64,000 bases of DNA from Cyanobacteria bacterium P01_A01_bin.123 (GCA_039815185.1 JBCBZT010000025.1:1-64000), one strand, 5' to 3'; positions 30,512 through 42,362 are shown, counted from the first letter of the stretch. Numbers and translations: made by a program. Notes: a model not told the origin generated them from the sequence alone.

Positions 30512-30961
30512 CTACTCTGTAATCGCTGCTGCTTCAGGGTTAGCCAAAAAAGGAAGCGCCTTCTTTTGCATCGTCTTGAAGATGTTGAAAAAGCCATTGG
30601 CCCGAGACGGTGTCAGGCTCACGTCAAGCTGGGTTTCTTTGATGAAGTCGGGAGAGAGGGTAACGATTTCCTCTGGAGTAAGCCCGTTAAGGGCGTTGAT
30701 CAGCATCGCTACTAGCCCTTTTGTAATTTGGGCATCGGATTCGCCGAGATAGGTCACCTTCCCGTCCTCGCAACTGGCAGTGATAAACACTTGGGAAACA
30801 CAACCGGGAACCTTATTTTCAGCAGTTTTCTCCGTTTCTGGAAACCCTTCTAGTTTTTTGGCAAACCACAGCAACTGCTCATAGCGGCGCTTGGGCTCGG
30901 ACACGCGCTGAAATCGTTTGACGATTTTCTCGACAGATGCGGGACGGGTAGAAGAGGTCAT
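30512..30961 (-). CDS. sufE: cysteine desulfuration protein SufE
   Basis: NKVPGCVSQV, SDAQITKGL, LTPSRANGF. Confidence 0.92.
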   Translation of the reverse strand: MTSSTRPASVEKIVKRFQRVSEPKRRYEQLLWFAKKLEGFPETEKTAENKVPGCVSQVFITASCEDGKVTYLGESDAQITKGLVAMLINALNGLTPEEIVTLSPDFIKETQLDVSLTPSRANGFFNIFKTMQKKALPFLANPEAAAITE

Positions 30962-31019
30962 CGCGATCGCAGACTAGACGACAAGCCCTTTAGGAATAAA
31001 CGGACCCAGGGTTACTTTC

Positions 31020-31037
31020 ATTGTAAATGGTTGTAAA
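31020..31037 (-). promoter_or_regulatory. possible HLR1 (RpaB) element upstream of sufE
   Basis: TTTACAAC-CA-TTTACAAT on the minus strand, one mismatch to (G/T)TTACA(T/A)(T/A)-N2 direct repeat. Confidence 0.4.
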
Positions 31038-31062
31038 CCGTTGTGACTCTAGCTTGACGGGG

Positions 31063-34000
31063 TTAAAGCATTGCCAAGCGATCGCGCAGAATTTCTCCCT
31101 GTTTTTCCGCTTCGGCAAGGGCATCCCGTGCCCCCTGCACCACTTCCTCTGGGGCTTTATCCACAAATCCCGAATTGCTCAACCGCCCAGAGAGCGACTT
31201 GATTTCGCCTTCGACCTTGCCCAAATCTTTTTCAAGCTTGGCTTTGAGGGCATCCACATCCACCACTCCTGTTAGCGGAATCAGCACCTGGACGGTACCA
31301 ATTACCCCAGCAATCATCTTGACGGGTTCTGCAGGCGGCATTGGTTCAGCGGGTACCAAGGGATCAAGAATAAGAGCGGGCGGTTCGACTTCCTCTGCAA
31401 CGGGTTCACCTGACAGTGTTGGCTGAGGTGACTGGGACTGCCCCACTACCTGTCGCCACACTCGACTCACCTGGCTCCAGGTTTGCCGTCGTTGGTCAAC
31501 CCGCCACAGATTTTGACGAATAAACCAGACGCTATAGCCGATTCCCACCAGTTTTAGCAAACCGGGCAAAATCGGCACAGACTCTAGCGTGCTGACCGTT
31601 GCTCCCAAAATTCGCCACAGGATTAAGCCAGCAAACAGAATCAAAACCGTTCGGAGGGGTCGTTGGGTCGTGCTGAAGAAATGGTTGAAATAGGCCAGAG
31701 GCCGAGCGAGTATTGCCGACAAGGTTTGCCCCACGGATTGAAAGTCCATGGATAGGGGTTGGGCCGAGGGGTCAGGACTAGTGACCACGGTGACCGGCTC
31801 GGCAGCAGCGAGGCCTGGAGTTACAACCGGCTGAGTTATGACCGGCTCAGGCGGTGTGGATTCTTCGGCGGTTAAACTAGCTGTGATCGTTAACTCATCT
31901 ACCTTAGCTAAATTGGTAATGTAGGCTTGAGTCGCTTCTAAAATCTGGCGTTCTTCAGCGCTTTCGCTTTGCAAAATAGTTGCGATCGCAGCGGAAGGTT
32001 TAATCCCCGCTTCGGCTCGCAGATTGCGAATCGTGCGAACAGTACCGATCAACAGCGTAAATTGCCGTTCTAGCTCATCTGAAATCAAATCGGCCTGTAA
32101 AACTGGGGATGCCTGCACCGCTAAGCAGACTTCGTCTCCTGTTTGGGTCAAGGTATGCCACACTTCCTCAGTGATATGGGGCATAAACGGGTGCAGCAAT
32201 TTCAAAATGCCTTCTAGCACATAGGCCAGGGTTTGCTGGGCTACCCGCTTTGAGTTCAGATCATCCCCCTGTAGCCGGGATTTCACCAGTTCGATATACC
32301 AGTCGCAAAAGTCACCCCAGATAAACTCATAGAGTTCTTTAGCCGCCTCGCCCAAGCCATAACGGTCAAACTGGTCAGCCACAGTTTGTACCACTCGGTT
32401 AAAGCGAGACAAAATCCAGCGATCGCAGAGTTCAAGCGTCCCCAAATCTGGGTTACCCAAAGCCTGGGGTGTTTGCCCGCCCAGGTTCATCATCACAAAC
32501 CGAGATGCGTTCCACAGCTTGTTGGCAAACTTACCGGATGTCTCCACCGACGGGGATTCATCGGTTTTGCGGTCATATTCGATGCGAATGTCTTGCCCTG
32601 CCCCGGCGACTTCCCGAATCAGGGTGTAGCGTAGGGCATCGGTGCCGTATTTATTGATTAGCACTAGCGGATCGATGCCGTTGCCCTTAGTCTTCGACAT
32701 CTTTTGGTTGTTTTCGTCCCGTACTAGGCCGTGAATATACACCGTATCGAAGGGCATGGTTTGGGTGAAATGCCCAGCCATCATCGTCATCCGCGCTACC
32801 CAAAAGAAGATGATGTCAAACCCAGTGACCAGTGTGGTAGTGGGATAGTACTTTTGAAAATCGATAGCGGATTCGTCTGGCCATCCCATAGTCGAAAAGG
32901 GCCATAACCCTGATGAAAACCAGGTGTCGAGCACATCAGGGTCTTGCTTTAGCTCTACCCACACGCCAAACTTTGCTTCCGCTTTTTCCCGCGCTTCGGT
33001 TTCATTCATGGCCACCACAAAGGGGGTATTATCGGCGATTTCGCCATTGGTTTCACTCACCGCGTACCACGCTGGGATTTGATGGCCCCACCAAAGCTGG
33101 CGAGAAATACACCAGTCACGCAGGTTAACTAACCAATCGCGATAGACCTTAGTCCAGCGCTCAGGGACAAACTGAGGTGAATTGTGGTTGTCCAGCGCGT
33201 CTAAGGCCCGATCTGCCAAAGGGCGAATGCTGACAAACCATTGAGTCGACATCAGCGGTTCGATGGGCACTTTGCCGCGATCACTGTAGGGCACCGTGTG
33301 AGTATAGTCTTCGATCTTGACCAAATAGCCATCGTCTCGCAGGCGATCCACCACGGCTTTGCGGGCTTCAAACCGATCCATCCCCACAAACGGTCCCGCA
33401 TTTTCATTCATGGAGCCGTCTTTATTCATCACATTGATCAGCGGCAGGTTGTGGCGTTTACCCATTTCAAAGTCATTCGGGTCATGGGCTGGGGTGATTT
33501 TGACGCAGCCCGTGCCAAAAGTAGCATCCACATAGTCATCCGCTACGATCGGAATTTCCCGCTCCATAATCGGCAACCGCACGGTTTTGCCGACCATGTC
33601 TTGATAGCGGTTGTCGTTCGGGTTTACCGCCACGGCTGTATCGCCTAGCATGGTTTCGGGGCGGGTGGTTGCCACTTCTACATGGCCGGAGCCGTCAGTC
33701 AGGGGATAGCGAAAATGCCACAGATGTCCCTCAACCTCTTTTTGCTCCACTTCCACATCAGACACAGCAGACAGGCTAGCGGGGCACCAGTTCACCAAGT
33801 AGCTACCGCGATAAATCAGCCCTTCGTCGTAGAGCTTATTAAAAGCTATCAGCACTGCCTGGGAAAGCCCCTCATCCATCGTGAAGCGTTCCCGCGTCCA
33901 GTCTACAGATACACCCAGCTTGCGCAACTGCCCCACAATCGTGCCGCCCGATTCTGCCTTCCATTCCCAGGCTCGGTTGAGATAGGCATCGCGATCAACA

Positions 34001-34329
34001 TCCGCATCCGCACGGGATTTGCCCTGATCCTTGAGTTCTCGATCCAAAATGGTGCTCACGGCAATGCTGGCGTGATCGGTGCCGGGGAGCCAGAGGGTGT
34101 TGCGCCCCTGCATGCGGTGATAGCGCACCAGCACATCAATCAGCGCGTTTTCAAAGGCATGGCCCATGTGCAAACTGCCCGTCACATTCGGTGGCGGAAT
34201 GACGACGCAGTAGGGATCTCCTGCTTGCGCTGGATCTGCTTTGAAGACTTGGTTTTCTTCCCAGTACTGCTGCCACTTAGACTCGGTCTCAAAGGGATCG
34301 TACTGGCTAGAGAGGGTGGGGACAGTCAT
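31063..34329 (-). CDS. valS: valine--tRNA ligase with inserted CAAD membrane-anchor domain
   Basis: [30 protein letters not shown]; hydrophobic CAAD insert at ~31440-31750; ATG at 34329 preferred over 34362. Confidence 0.96.
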   Translation of the reverse strand: MTVPTLSSQYDPFETESKWQQYWEENQVFKADPAQAGDPYCVVIPPPNVTGSLHMGHAFENALIDVLVRYHRMQGRNTLWLPGTDHASIAVSTILDRELKDQGKSRADADVDRDAYLNRAWEWKAESGGTIVGQLRKLGVSVDWTRERFTMDEGLSQAVLIAFNKLYDEGLIYRGSYLVNWCPASLSAVSDVEVEQKEVEGHLWHFRYPLTDGSGHVEVATTRPETMLGDTAVAVNPNDNRYQDMVGKTVRLPIMEREIPIVADDYVDATFGTGCVKITPAHDPNDFEMGKRHNLPLINVMNKDGSMNENAGPFVGMDRFEARKAVVDRLRDDGYLVKIEDYTHTVPYSDRGKVPIEPLMSTQWFVSIRPLADRALDALDNHNSPQFVPERWTKVYRDWLVNLRDWCISRQLWWGHQIPAWYAVSETNGEIADNTPFVVAMNETEAREKAEAKFGVWVELKQDPDVLDTWFSSGLWPFSTMGWPDESAIDFQKYYPTTTLVTGFDIIFFWVARMTMMAGHFTQTMPFDTVYIHGLVRDENNQKMSKTKGNGIDPLVLINKYGTDALRYTLIREVAGAGQDIRIEYDRKTDESPSVETSGKFANKLWNASRFVMMNLGGQTPQALGNPDLGTLELCDRWILSRFNRVVQTVADQFDRYGLGEAAKELYEFIWGDFCDWYIELVKSRLQGDDLNSKRVAQQTLAYVLEGILKLLHPFMPHITEEVWHTLTQTGDEVCLAVQASPVLQADLISDELERQFTLLIGTVRTIRNLRAEAGIKPSAAIATILQSESAEERQILEATQAYITNLAKVDELTITASLTAEESTPPEPVITQPVVTPGLAAAEPVTVVTSPDPSAQPLSMDFQSVGQTLSAILARPLAYFNHFFSTTQRPLRTVLILFAGLILWRILGATVSTLESVPILPGLLKLVGIGYSVWFIRQNLWRVDQRRQTWSQVSRVWRQVVGQSQSPQPTLSGEPVAEEVEPPALILDPLVPAEPMPPAEPVKMIAGVIGTVQVLIPLTGVVDVDALKAKLEKDLGKVEGEIKSLSGRLSNSGFVDKAPEEVVQGARDALAEAEKQGEILRDRLAML

Positions 34330-34589
34330 TGCAGGATAAAAGTATGAACCATTATCCGTCAATCTTAGTGCAGAGGAGAGCCCTTTATAACCATTGCAGC
34401 AGCGATTTCCGTTTCGCCTCAGATATCATCTCCAAGCGTAGATGCTTGAACGCTGATATCTCCTTTTATTAGGAAGAAATTTGTTGGTCAATTAACCTCC
34501 TATTCAAGAAAAGGTTTAACGCGATCGCATTGTTAGCGATCGCCACTCTCCCTACTGATCCAAACATCAAATGGAACTCAACTTAGCGC

Positions 34590-36014
34590 CTAAGCAATTG
34601 ATCGCCGGAAGTTAAAGAACTTGGTTAGAACATTTTTTAAGAAGTCATTCTTGGCAAACTTTTGCTTCGTCAATTGCAAGGCCGCCTTACTGTTAACCTC
34701 AGACAGCGTGGGATAGACGTGAATCACTTTAAGGGCATCGATTTTGAGTTTGTAGCTCATCGCCAACACGACTTCGTGAATTAGCTCCCCAGCTGATGGG
34801 CCAACAATATGAGCCCCGAGAATTTCCCCATTACTGCGGGTAATGAACTTGGCAAAACCAATGCCAGCCGCTTCGGCTAAGGCGCGATCGACTTCCTTAA
34901 ACTCATGCTTAAGCACATAGACATCGTCGTAGCGGCGTCGGGCTTCGGCTTCGGTTAGGCCCACTCGCGCCAGTTCAGGCTCCGTAAACGTCGCCCAGGG
35001 AATTACTCGGTAGTCAGCCTTTTTAGTGGGGAAGAACAGAGCATTTTGCAGCACTACGGCGGCTTCATACCCAGCGACATGGGTAAACTGATAGCCACCA
35101 ATCACATCTCCAGCCCCATAGATTTTGGGATTCGTCGACTGGAGTTTTTCATTGACTTTGATACCTTGCTTACCCACTTCAACCCCGGCAGCCTGCAAGT
35201 TGAGCGATTCCACATTGGGGACGCGTCCGGCGGAAAGCAAAATTTCGTCTACGATAATCACTTCATTGCCAATGTAGATGTGCTTTTTGCCGTTGATTAC
35301 CTCTACTTTCTTGGCTCGGCTTTGGTTGAAGATACGAACCCCTTCCGACAGCAGTTGTTCTTCAACAACGCGAGCCGCTTCAGGGTCTTCTTTAGGCATG
35401 ATGTGGTCACGGCTAGAGATGATTGACACCTCAGACCCTAAGCGGTGGAAAGACTGACCCAGTTCACAACCAATTGGGCCTGCACCGATCACCGCCAGGG
35501 AATCAGGCCTTTCTTTCAAAGAGAACACACTGATATTAGTGATGTAACCTGCCGCTTTGAGGCCTTCTACGGGGGGCAAGCTAGGGCGTGATCCAGTCGC
35601 CACCACAAAGTTGCGGGCTTTAAGTTGGCGACCATTGACTTCAAAGGTATGACCGTCAATAAACTGCCCCTCTCCGTAAATCACTTCAACTCCCAGAGAT
35701 TCAAACCGCTCAGTGGAGTCGTGTTCTTGAATCGTGTCGATGACGCGGTGAACGTGGCCTAAAGCTTCGTGCAGGCGAATGTCTGAAATGTCAGCATAGA
35801 TGCCGAATTTTTCGGAGTGTTTGACGTCGTGGGCAACCCGAGCAGCATGGATTAAAGACTTACTGGGGACACAGCCATAGTGCAAGCAGTCACCGCCGAG
35901 ACGACCGTCTTTTTCAATCAAAGCAACACGTGCCTTTAGCTGTGCTCCGGCACTGGCGACGACTAACCCAGCCGATCCGCCTCCAATTACGACCAAATCA
36001 TATTCAACTGCCAC
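34590..36014 (-). CDS. FAD-dependent pyridine nucleotide-disulfide oxidoreductase (dihydrolipoamide dehydrogenase/MerA-like)
   Basis: GGGSAG, GGDCLHYGCVPSK, GAGPIGCE, HVYPTLSE; GTG start with AGGAG RBS. Confidence 0.88.
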   Translation of the reverse strand: MAVEYDLVVIGGGSAGLVVASAGAQLKARVALIEKDGRLGGDCLHYGCVPSKSLIHAARVAHDVKHSEKFGIYADISDIRLHEALGHVHRVIDTIQEHDSTERFESLGVEVIYGEGQFIDGHTFEVNGRQLKARNFVVATGSRPSLPPVEGLKAAGYITNISVFSLKERPDSLAVIGAGPIGCELGQSFHRLGSEVSIISSRDHIMPKEDPEAARVVEEQLLSEGVRIFNQSRAKKVEVINGKKHIYIGNEVIIVDEILLSAGRVPNVESLNLQAAGVEVGKQGIKVNEKLQSTNPKIYGAGDVIGGYQFTHVAGYEAAVVLQNALFFPTKKADYRVIPWATFTEPELARVGLTEAEARRRYDDVYVLKHEFKEVDRALAEAAGIGFAKFITRSNGEILGAHIVGPSAGELIHEVVLAMSYKLKIDALKVIHVYPTLSEVNSKAALQLTKQKFAKNDFLKNVLTKFFNFRRSIA

Positions 36015-36119
36015 GACTTTTCTCCTGAGCATCTACATCATTGGGCTGATGTTTAGAGCTTAAGTAGCGTAACTGAATCTGGGCTGAGAACCGTTGGAGA
36101 ATTTTAGAATTAAATCCTG

Positions 36120-36180
36120 CGACCTCCAGATCTATGTTTTTTCCTTAAGCTAAAAACTCAAAGTTTCAAGTCGGATGTGG
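36120..36180 (+). repeat. ~60-bp dispersed repeat, copy B
   Basis: ...TTCCTTAAGCTAAAAACTCAAAGTTTCAAGTCGGATGTGG matches copies A and C. Confidence 0.6.
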
Positions 36181-36219
36181 TTTATAAAGTTGGGAATTTC
36201 CAACAAAATTCAGCGGACT

Positions 36220-36957
36220 TCAGAGATTTGAGACCAAAACCCCCATTTCTTTTTGGATCGGGACAATGTTGAGGACGTCTAGTTGGGCACAATATTTCAA
36301 ATCTTCAGTGTTGTTAAGCTTCAGTAGGCGCTGGCCATGGCTGGCAGCGTGCATCAATTCGAGCAGTTGCCCCTGCCAATTGAGATAGAGGGCAACGGCG
36401 GCAACCAGAGCATCGTTGCCTGCAATCTCTTGGAAGGTCAGCCCAGTAGCGGCGATGATGCCGTGGGCGATCGCGCCTGCACAAACCGTATCTTCTAATG
36501 AATAGGTGCCTTCCCAACCCGACCCCACTAGCCAAACAGTATCAGGTTGATGCTGCATGAGGAAATCCACAACGGCCTGTCGAGTTGTGAGGGCAGCGGT
36601 AATCACTATGGGTGCATGCTGAATCTTTTCCATGCAGCGAGTGCCGTTTGTCGTGCTCATGAAGAGTCGCCGCCCCTGGGTTCGGTCTGCCGTGTGATCG
36701 AGGGGAGAATTGCCCAACTCGCACCCCTCTACCCGGGCACCGCCCCTTTCTCCAGCGCGAATGCGTTTGTCTACAGGCCAATGCTCGCTGGCTTGCAACA
36801 GCTTGTCAATGTTGCTGAATACTTGAATAGCCTCAGCTCCCGCATTAAACGCAGCGGCCATGGTCGAGGTTGCCCGCAGGACATCGATCGCGATCGCGCA
36901 ATCAGACATCTCATCAACGGGTACTTCTTCTGGAGTATGGAAAACAAATAGTTTCAC
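36220..36957 (-). CDS. comB: 2-phosphosulfolactate phosphatase
   Basis: [36 protein letters not shown]. Confidence 0.9.
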   Translation of the reverse strand: MKLFVFHTPEEVPVDEMSDCAIAIDVLRATSTMAAAFNAGAEAIQVFSNIDKLLQASEHWPVDKRIRAGERGGARVEGCELGNSPLDHTADRTQGRRLFMSTTNGTRCMEKIQHAPIVITAALTTRQAVVDFLMQHQPDTVWLVGSGWEGTYSLEDTVCAGAIAHGIIAATGLTFQEIAGNDALVAAVALYLNWQGQLLELMHAASHGQRLLKLNNTEDLKYCAQLDVLNIVPIQKEMGVLVSNL

Positions 36958-37106
36958 TGGATATGAAAAGCTTAAGGGTTTATTTAGAATTCAGTTTCTC
37001 ATTTTATTCGGCAAATGTGATGGAATTCTGCTGATCTTCTCAAATTCTACGATTGACAAGAGCCAATACCATAGGCTTTGGCTCCCTGAGCCAGCCAAAT
37101 TATGCA

Positions 37107-37640
37107 TTAAGGCGACGATGACTTCAGGTTAGTGTCAGCCCTAGATTCATGAAAAATGGGCATGACATAAGCCCCCAGCCCCATGCCTGCAACTAGTCCG
37201 CAGGCCGTCATAGCCCAATTATTAATGCCCCAGCCTTCAAATCCCTGTAGGGTTAGTTCAAAAGGATAAAACAAACACAAGATGAATGTGATCACAAAAC
37301 CCCAAATGCCATATTGCTCAAGCCAATAGCGACTATGCCCTTGGGTTTTGCTATACAGTAAGCGCATTACTGCCAACCCCATCACCGTGCCGTAGCTGCG
37401 CATGCAAACCGCCATAGCATAGGGAGGAGAGAGGACAAGGCTCAGGTCAGGCTGAGGACAGACCCGTTGACCCACTGCATAAATGGTGTCTGCCATTTGC
37501 TGCAGTAGTGGTAAGGGGGCTGAGGCTAAAAATGGTGCGGCCAAAGGGCCTGATATCAATACAACTAATGTGACATCTGCCAATAGGCTTTTCCAGTTTT
37601 GGCTTTTTAGCAAGGTTCTTAGAGGAGAAGCTGGGGTCAT
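37107..37640 (-). CDS. DUF2085-like membrane protein
   Basis: VCPQP...AVCMRSYG motif, 4-5 TMs. Confidence 0.65.
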   Translation of the reverse strand: MTPASPLRTLLKSQNWKSLLADVTLVVLISGPLAAPFLASAPLPLLQQMADTIYAVGQRVCPQPDLSLVLSPPYAMAVCMRSYGTVMGLAVMRLLYSKTQGHSRYWLEQYGIWGFVITFILCLFYPFELTLQGFEGWGINNWAMTACGLVAGMGLGAYVMPIFHESRADTNLKSSSP

Positions 37641-37763
37641 AATTTGGGCGTTGATTAAAACTTAAGAGGATGCAGGCATTTTCAAAGGGAGCCCAGCCCA
37701 TCTCGCGCCACACATAAACCGTTCTTAATCGTAACAGTAACGGGATTTTTCATTCCTACCGTC

Positions 37764-38756
37764 GTGGCCCAAGGATGGGTTAGGCTTGCTCAGAAGGTAA
37801 GGTTACTGCGGTCATCTGTGGACGTTAAATCAATCACTCAATCTAAGCTCATTCAGCTTTTCGTCCGCACTGGGTTGAAATGGCAGCAGGATGGCTGTTT
37901 GGACATGGGGGCTTCCCTGGCCTATTATGCGCTGTTTTCCCTATTCCCAGTGTTGTTATTGATCTTGAGTATTGTCGGATCTTTGCTGGGGCCCAATACA
38001 AACACCTATGATGAGACTTCGAGGTTTGCCCAAGAACTGCTGCCTCCCACTGCCTTCGTCGTGGTAGACGAAACATTGCTCCAGCTGCATAACAACAGTT
38101 TTGGTGCTAGTGTTGTCGGTTTTGCCATACTGTTATTTACGGCCAGCGGCTTTTTTGGAGCCCTTGATCGCTCCTTTGAAAAAATTTGGCGGGCCCACGA
38201 GCCGCCGATTGAAGGGCTGAGTATTTGGCAAATTGTGCAAAACTTCTTGCGGCGACGGGTATTTGCTTTTTTGCTGGTGCTTGGCTCGGTGGTGATTATG
38301 TTGGTGTCGCTCCTGTCTAAAATCGCGATCGCGGTGATGTTGCGCATCATTGCCAATTTCAGCAGTCGGCTAAACATGGGCGATTTAGAAAGGTTCAACC
38401 TGCTCCCATTTCTCCAACTGATTACGTCGTTCTTACTGCTGACATTGGTGCTAATCACCTTGTTTAAGGTGCTACCCCCAACCCGGGTTCGCTGGGGAGA
38501 CGTATGGCTAGGGGGGCTATTGACGGCAGTGCTGCTGGTCATTTTGCAGCAGCTTATTAGTAATAGTGTGGTCAGTTTAGGGAGTCGATTCAAATCCTAC
38601 GGCGTCGTGGGTGGTGTCATGGTGCTGATGTTATGGATTTATCTCACCAGTCAAATCTTTTTTCTGGGGGGCGAATTCACCTATGTGTATGCCCGCATGT
38701 TTGGTAGCCGTCAGCGAGAAAAATCGCGATCGCCCAATACGCTATTCCCCTCTTGA
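37764..38756 (+). CDS. YihY/virulence factor BrkB family membrane protein
   Basis: MGASLAYYALFSLFP, YGVVGGVMVLMLWIYLTSQIFFLGGE; start may be GTG 37818. Confidence 0.9.
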   Translation: MAQGWVRLAQKVRLLRSSVDVKSITQSKLIQLFVRTGLKWQQDGCLDMGASLAYYALFSLFPVLLLILSIVGSLLGPNTNTYDETSRFAQELLPPTAFVVVDETLLQLHNNSFGASVVGFAILLFTASGFFGALDRSFEKIWRAHEPPIEGLSIWQIVQNFLRRRVFAFLLVLGSVVIMLVSLLSKIAIAVMLRIIANFSSRLNMGDLERFNLLPFLQLITSFLLLTLVLITLFKVLPPTRVRWGDVWLGGLLTAVLLVILQQLISNSVVSLGSRFKSYGVVGGVMVLMLWIYLTSQIFFLGGEFTYVYARMFGSRQREKSRSPNTLFPS

Positions 38757-38946
38757 AGCACTTGAATAAGCGAATCAGCACATAAGTTTTATCGATATCG
38801 TGTTGCTTGATAGCGGTATGGTTCAGCCCCCTCTGCCCATAGTATAGGAGGGCCTCATTACCCTAGGATTGGGGAATGGGGCCCTCCAGGCATGCAAAAG
38901 AAGAGAGCACGTTTGAGGCTTTTTATACAGCCTCTCGGTGAGTTTC

Positions 38947-39201
38947 TTATGGGGAGGTTGTCGAAGCTACCTCTGGCGCATTTAAAGGGCGGATGTTGAC
39001 AATTTTGCCCCCTAGCAATGTAATCGATCGCATGACTTCATTCATACGATGAAAAGGTACCTGAATGGATTGATTATCACTCGTTCGAATCGGTGATTGG
39101 TGACTAACGGTTACCTCATTTTGACGTAAGCCAGCTACCTCATAGACAAAAATGCGATTCTCTAGACCAGAGACACCACTTGTTGAATATTGTCCCAACA
39201 T
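38947..39201 (-). CDS. cpcD: phycobilisome rod-capping linker CpcD
   Basis: NRIFVYEVAGL...VPFHRMNEVMRSITLLGGKIVNIRP. Confidence 0.9.
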   Translation of the reverse strand: MLGQYSTSGVSGLENRIFVYEVAGLRQNEVTVSHQSPIRTSDNQSIQVPFHRMNEVMRSITLLGGKIVNIRPLNAPEVASTTSP

Positions 39202-39252
39202 GATCAATACCTCATCTTGAATCGTGATCTTTTAGTTTGAGTCGTCAACCGC

Positions 39253-40125
39253 TCAAGCCTGAGTGATACTAGCCACCCGGCCCCCAGTTTTATTAATTTG
39301 CTGCAAGGTTTGAGAGAGGGCTTCATAGGTGACCACCAAAACCCGACTGCTACGGCGAATACTGGGATACCCTGGGCGCCGCATACCAGCAATTTCAATG
39401 CGATAGAGGTTACCTCGATCCGTGGTCGAGCCAGATCGCCCAAAGACACGGGTATTAACAGTCCCTTGCTTGGAGGCTTTGTAAGCCCAACCGTTTTGAC
39501 CTGCCCCCGACGGCGGTACTACTGCAGATACGCTGCCCGACCCCAATTCCGAAGCTAAGCGGGATTCACTGCCCGCAATTTGTGAGCGATCGCTGTTGGC
39601 ATAGCCCCGGTACAAACTGAACATCCGGGTAAAACCTGCAATCTTCTGACCCACCTGAGTATTAAAACCTCGATAGTAAGGGACTATATTGTCCCCGAAA
39701 TTATTCTCGTACTCTGCCGTATCAATGTAGGAGTCAATATCGGCATCAAATCCTTGGTTTTGGTATCGATCAAGGTGTTCAATGACTTCCGCTTCATCGT
39801 AAGGGGCACGTCCCAATAGATGCTTGAAATTTAACTCAATGACGCGAGTTTGAAAGTTAGGATACAAAAACTTGGTTTTATACAACTCTGATTGGGCCAA
39901 GGCACGCACAAAATCCCTAACAGTTAAGGCACCGTTGGTCAGTAAAGACTCTAGTTCAAGCAGGCGCTCTGATTGCATTAAATAATCATTGCCCAAGATT
40001 TGCCGATAGACAGCAGAAATGACAGCTTTAGCATCGCTGGAGGACCAGCTTGGGCGCAGCTCTACCGGACTTTGCTCAGTAAAAGGCATTGTCCCTAAAC
40101 GAGCGGCTGCTGTTGTAATAGCCAC
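39253..40125 (-). CDS. cpcC: phycocyanin rod linker (CpcC/CpcI-type)
   Basis: [34 protein letters not shown]-terminal CpcD domain. Confidence 0.92.
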   Translation of the reverse strand: MAITTAAARLGTMPFTEQSPVELRPSWSSSDAKAVISAVYRQILGNDYLMQSERLLELESLLTNGALTVRDFVRALAQSELYKTKFLYPNFQTRVIELNFKHLLGRAPYDEAEVIEHLDRYQNQGFDADIDSYIDTAEYENNFGDNIVPYYRGFNTQVGQKIAGFTRMFSLYRGYANSDRSQIAGSESRLASELGSGSVSAVVPPSGAGQNGWAYKASKQGTVNTRVFGRSGSTTDRGNLYRIEIAGMRRPGYPSIRRSSRVLVVTYEALSQTLQQINKTGGRVASITQA

Positions 40126-40198
40126 AGATGAATCTCCTTATGATCGTGTAACCAAATATCTTTGATGGCCTCAAGTTTATATAGGGGGCCAGGGCCGC

Positions 40199-41017
40199 TT
40201 AGGATGAGGCAATATTGACGATGCGGCTACCGCGCTGGTTAAGGCGCTGTAGGGTAGGTGACAACTGCTCATACGTGACAAGATATTCTTGAACACTCCG
40301 GCGAATTTGTGGCGTCCGCCCACTGGCAGCTTGAGAGACGCGAATTCGGTACAGTTGCTCGCGTTGGCCTCCGGTTGTGCCCGACAGTTCTTTACTAAGG
40401 CTCGGCGTTCTTACCGGACTGGCCGAATTACGTGCGAGTTCGTTGGTGAGACAACCCTTTTTATTATTGACCTGGGCCCGATCGCTACTGGCATACCCCC
40501 GGTATAACTGAAACATTCTGGCAAAGCCAACGGTCTTTTGATTTCTTTGGGTCGCAAATCCTCGGTAGTAAGGCACAATGTGATCGCCAAAGTTTTCTCG
40601 ATATTCCGCTGAGTCAAAATAGCTGTCAATTTCAGCTTCGTAACCCTGCTGAGTATAAAGATTCACATGCTCGGAAATCTCGGACTCATCGTAGGGAGCC
40701 CGTCCGAGTAGATGCTTAAAGTTGAGTTCAATGAAGCGCACTTGAGGAGTGCTGTAAAAGAATTTTTGTTTATACAGCTCAGATAAAGCCAAAGCTCGAA
40801 CAAAATCTCGTACTCTGATATGGCCTTGTCTGAGTAGAGATTCAGAACTGGTGAGGCGTTCGGATTGCATCACATGGTCATTGCCCAACACCTGGCGATA
40901 GGTAGCCCAAATGATAGTTTGGATGTCTGACTCAGTCGAGTTGGCTCGCAATTCGGTGGGCGGCGTTTGGGCGAAAGGTTCAAATCCTAAAAGGCTTGCT
41001 GAAGTTGCACTGGTCAT
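40199..41017 (-). CDS. cpcC: phycocyanin rod linker (CpcC2/CpcH-type)
   Basis: [37 protein letters not shown] 41017 with GAGGAG RBS. Confidence 0.9.
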   Translation of the reverse strand: MTSATSASLLGFEPFAQTPPTELRANSTESDIQTIIWATYRQVLGNDHVMQSERLTSSESLLRQGHIRVRDFVRALALSELYKQKFFYSTPQVRFIELNFKHLLGRAPYDESEISEHVNLYTQQGYEAEIDSYFDSAEYRENFGDHIVPYYRGFATQRNQKTVGFARMFQLYRGYASSDRAQVNNKKGCLTNELARNSASPVRTPSLSKELSGTTGGQREQLYRIRVSQAASGRTPQIRRSVQEYLVTYEQLSPTLQRLNQRGSRIVNIASS

Positions 41018-41092
41018 ATGTATGGGGCTCCTCAGGCGGGCATAAATTATTAAATCGGGGTTATCCACTCAAAGCAGGAGATTAAACTTTGG

Positions 41093-41152
41093 CCACATCT
41101 AGCGCTACAGTTTTTCCGAAGTTAAAACCTCAAATGCTCAAATCGGATGTGG
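41093..41152 (+). repeat. ~60-bp dispersed repeat, copy C
   Basis: CCACATCTAG...AAGTTAAAACCTCAAATGCTCAAATCGGATGTGG. Confidence 0.65.
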
Positions 41153-41167
41153 TTGGTTCAGGGGATA

Positions 41168-41290
41168 GAAGCCAGGAGTCAGAATCCAGGAGTTAAGAGA
41201 AACCCGTACTGGATTCTGACTCAGATACTAGAAGCAAACCGTGCTGTAGGGCTATGCCCTATTTGCAGAATAGGCTGACTCCTGGTTTCT
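41168..41290. terminator. stem-loops between cpcA and the linker genes (processing/stabilising or partial terminator)
   Basis: Perfect 14-bp IR GAGTCAGAATCCAG (41176-89)/CTGGATTCTGACTC (41209-22); alternative pairing of 41168-83 with 41275-90. Confidence 0.55.
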
Positions 41291-41302
41291 GACGGCTGAT
41301 CT

Positions 41303-41791
41303 TTAGCTCAAAGCATTGATGGCATAGTCAAGGTAAGAGTTGGCCTCAACAGCTGCATCTCCACTTAAACCGTGGTTAGATTTGATGTACTTGAGGGCCT
41401 CTACATACCAGCTGGGAGACAGTTCAAAGGTGCTATTGATTTCTGCAATCCCGGCGATCAGGTAATCATCCATCGGGCCAGTGCCGCCTGCAATTAAGCA
41501 GTAGGTCACCATGCGTAGATAGTAGCCAATATCCCGTGCGCATTTAGCTTTGCCTTCGGGAGTTGAGGCATAGTTGTTGCCTTGCATTTGAGTGGTGTAA
41601 GGGAACTTTTGGTATACGGCCTGAGCTGCACCATTCACCAAACCATCGGCGTTTTTGCTAAGTGCTTGAGCTGCGGTTAATCCAGCTTGTGCCTGACGAA
41701 AACGACCGAAGGCAACCTGAAGTTCAGAACTGCTGAGGAAACGGCCTTGAGAATCGGCAGCGGAGACTGCCTCAGTCATGGGAGTTTTCAT
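41303..41791 (-). CDS. cpcA: phycocyanin alpha subunit
   Basis: [19 protein letters not shown]...[13 protein letters not shown]...DYAINALS, 162 aa. Confidence 0.97.
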   Translation of the reverse strand: MKTPMTEAVSAADSQGRFLSSSELQVAFGRFRQAQAGLTAAQALSKNADGLVNGAAQAVYQKFPYTTQMQGNNYASTPEGKAKCARDIGYYLRMVTYCLIAGGTGPMDDYLIAGIAEINSTFELSPSWYVEALKYIKSNHGLSGDAAVEANSYLDYAINALS

Positions 41792-41843
41792 GGGGAAGAT
41801 CTCTCTAAAAGGTTTACAAAAGGAGTAACAACAAGAATTTGGC

Positions 41844-42362
41844 TTAGCCCACGGCAGCAGCTGCGCGGTCAAAATAGCCAGTGAGTTCTGACATCAAAGA
41901 GCTGCAATCACCTTGAGTGATGCCAGCACGATCATTGGCGATCGCGACAGCCGCATCCTTCATCTTGTTGACGCCTTCTGCGACGGAAGCACCAGGAACC
42001 CCAAGGGCCACATAGGTCTCCCGCAAACCATTCAGGCAGCGATCATCCATCACACTGCCATCCCCTGTAAAAACGGCATAAGTGACATACCGCAGAATAA
42101 TTTCCATGTCTCGTAGGCAAGCCGCCATCCGGCGACTGGTATAGGCATTGCCGCCTGGTGCGATCAACTGGGGTTGGTCTGCAAACAAAGTGCGGGCTGC
42201 ATTGGCCACAATCGTGGATGAGTTGCTTGTAATTCGATTCACCACATCAATGCGCTTATTGCCATCAGCGACAAGCTGATTAAGGGCACTAATCTGATCA
42301 TCGGTGACATATGCTCCCCGCGCATCGGCTTGGGAAACGACTTTTGTAAAAACGTCAAACAT
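41844..42362 (-). CDS. cpcB: phycocyanin beta subunit
   Basis: [16 protein letters not shown]...[16 protein letters not shown]...GDCSSL, 172 aa; AGGAG RBS. Confidence 0.97.
   Translation of the reverse strand: MFDVFTKVVSQADARGAYVTDDQISALNQLVADGNKRIDVVNRITSNSSTIVANAARTLFADQPQLIAPGGNAYTSRRMAACLRDMEIILRYVTYAVFTGDGSVMDDRCLNGLRETYVALGVPGASVAEGVNKMKDAAVAIANDRAGITQGDCSSLMSELTGYFDRAAAAVG

Noticed and set aside
33241..34347. Long plus-strand ORFs antisense to valS (and similar shadows at 23431-23922, 38006-38593, 55442-55900)
   Set aside because: Antisense shadows of well-supported genes with no recognisable motifs
34590..36014. Call as mercuric reductase merA
   Set aside because: No C-terminal Cys-Cys pair, no N-terminal HMA domain and no mer operon context
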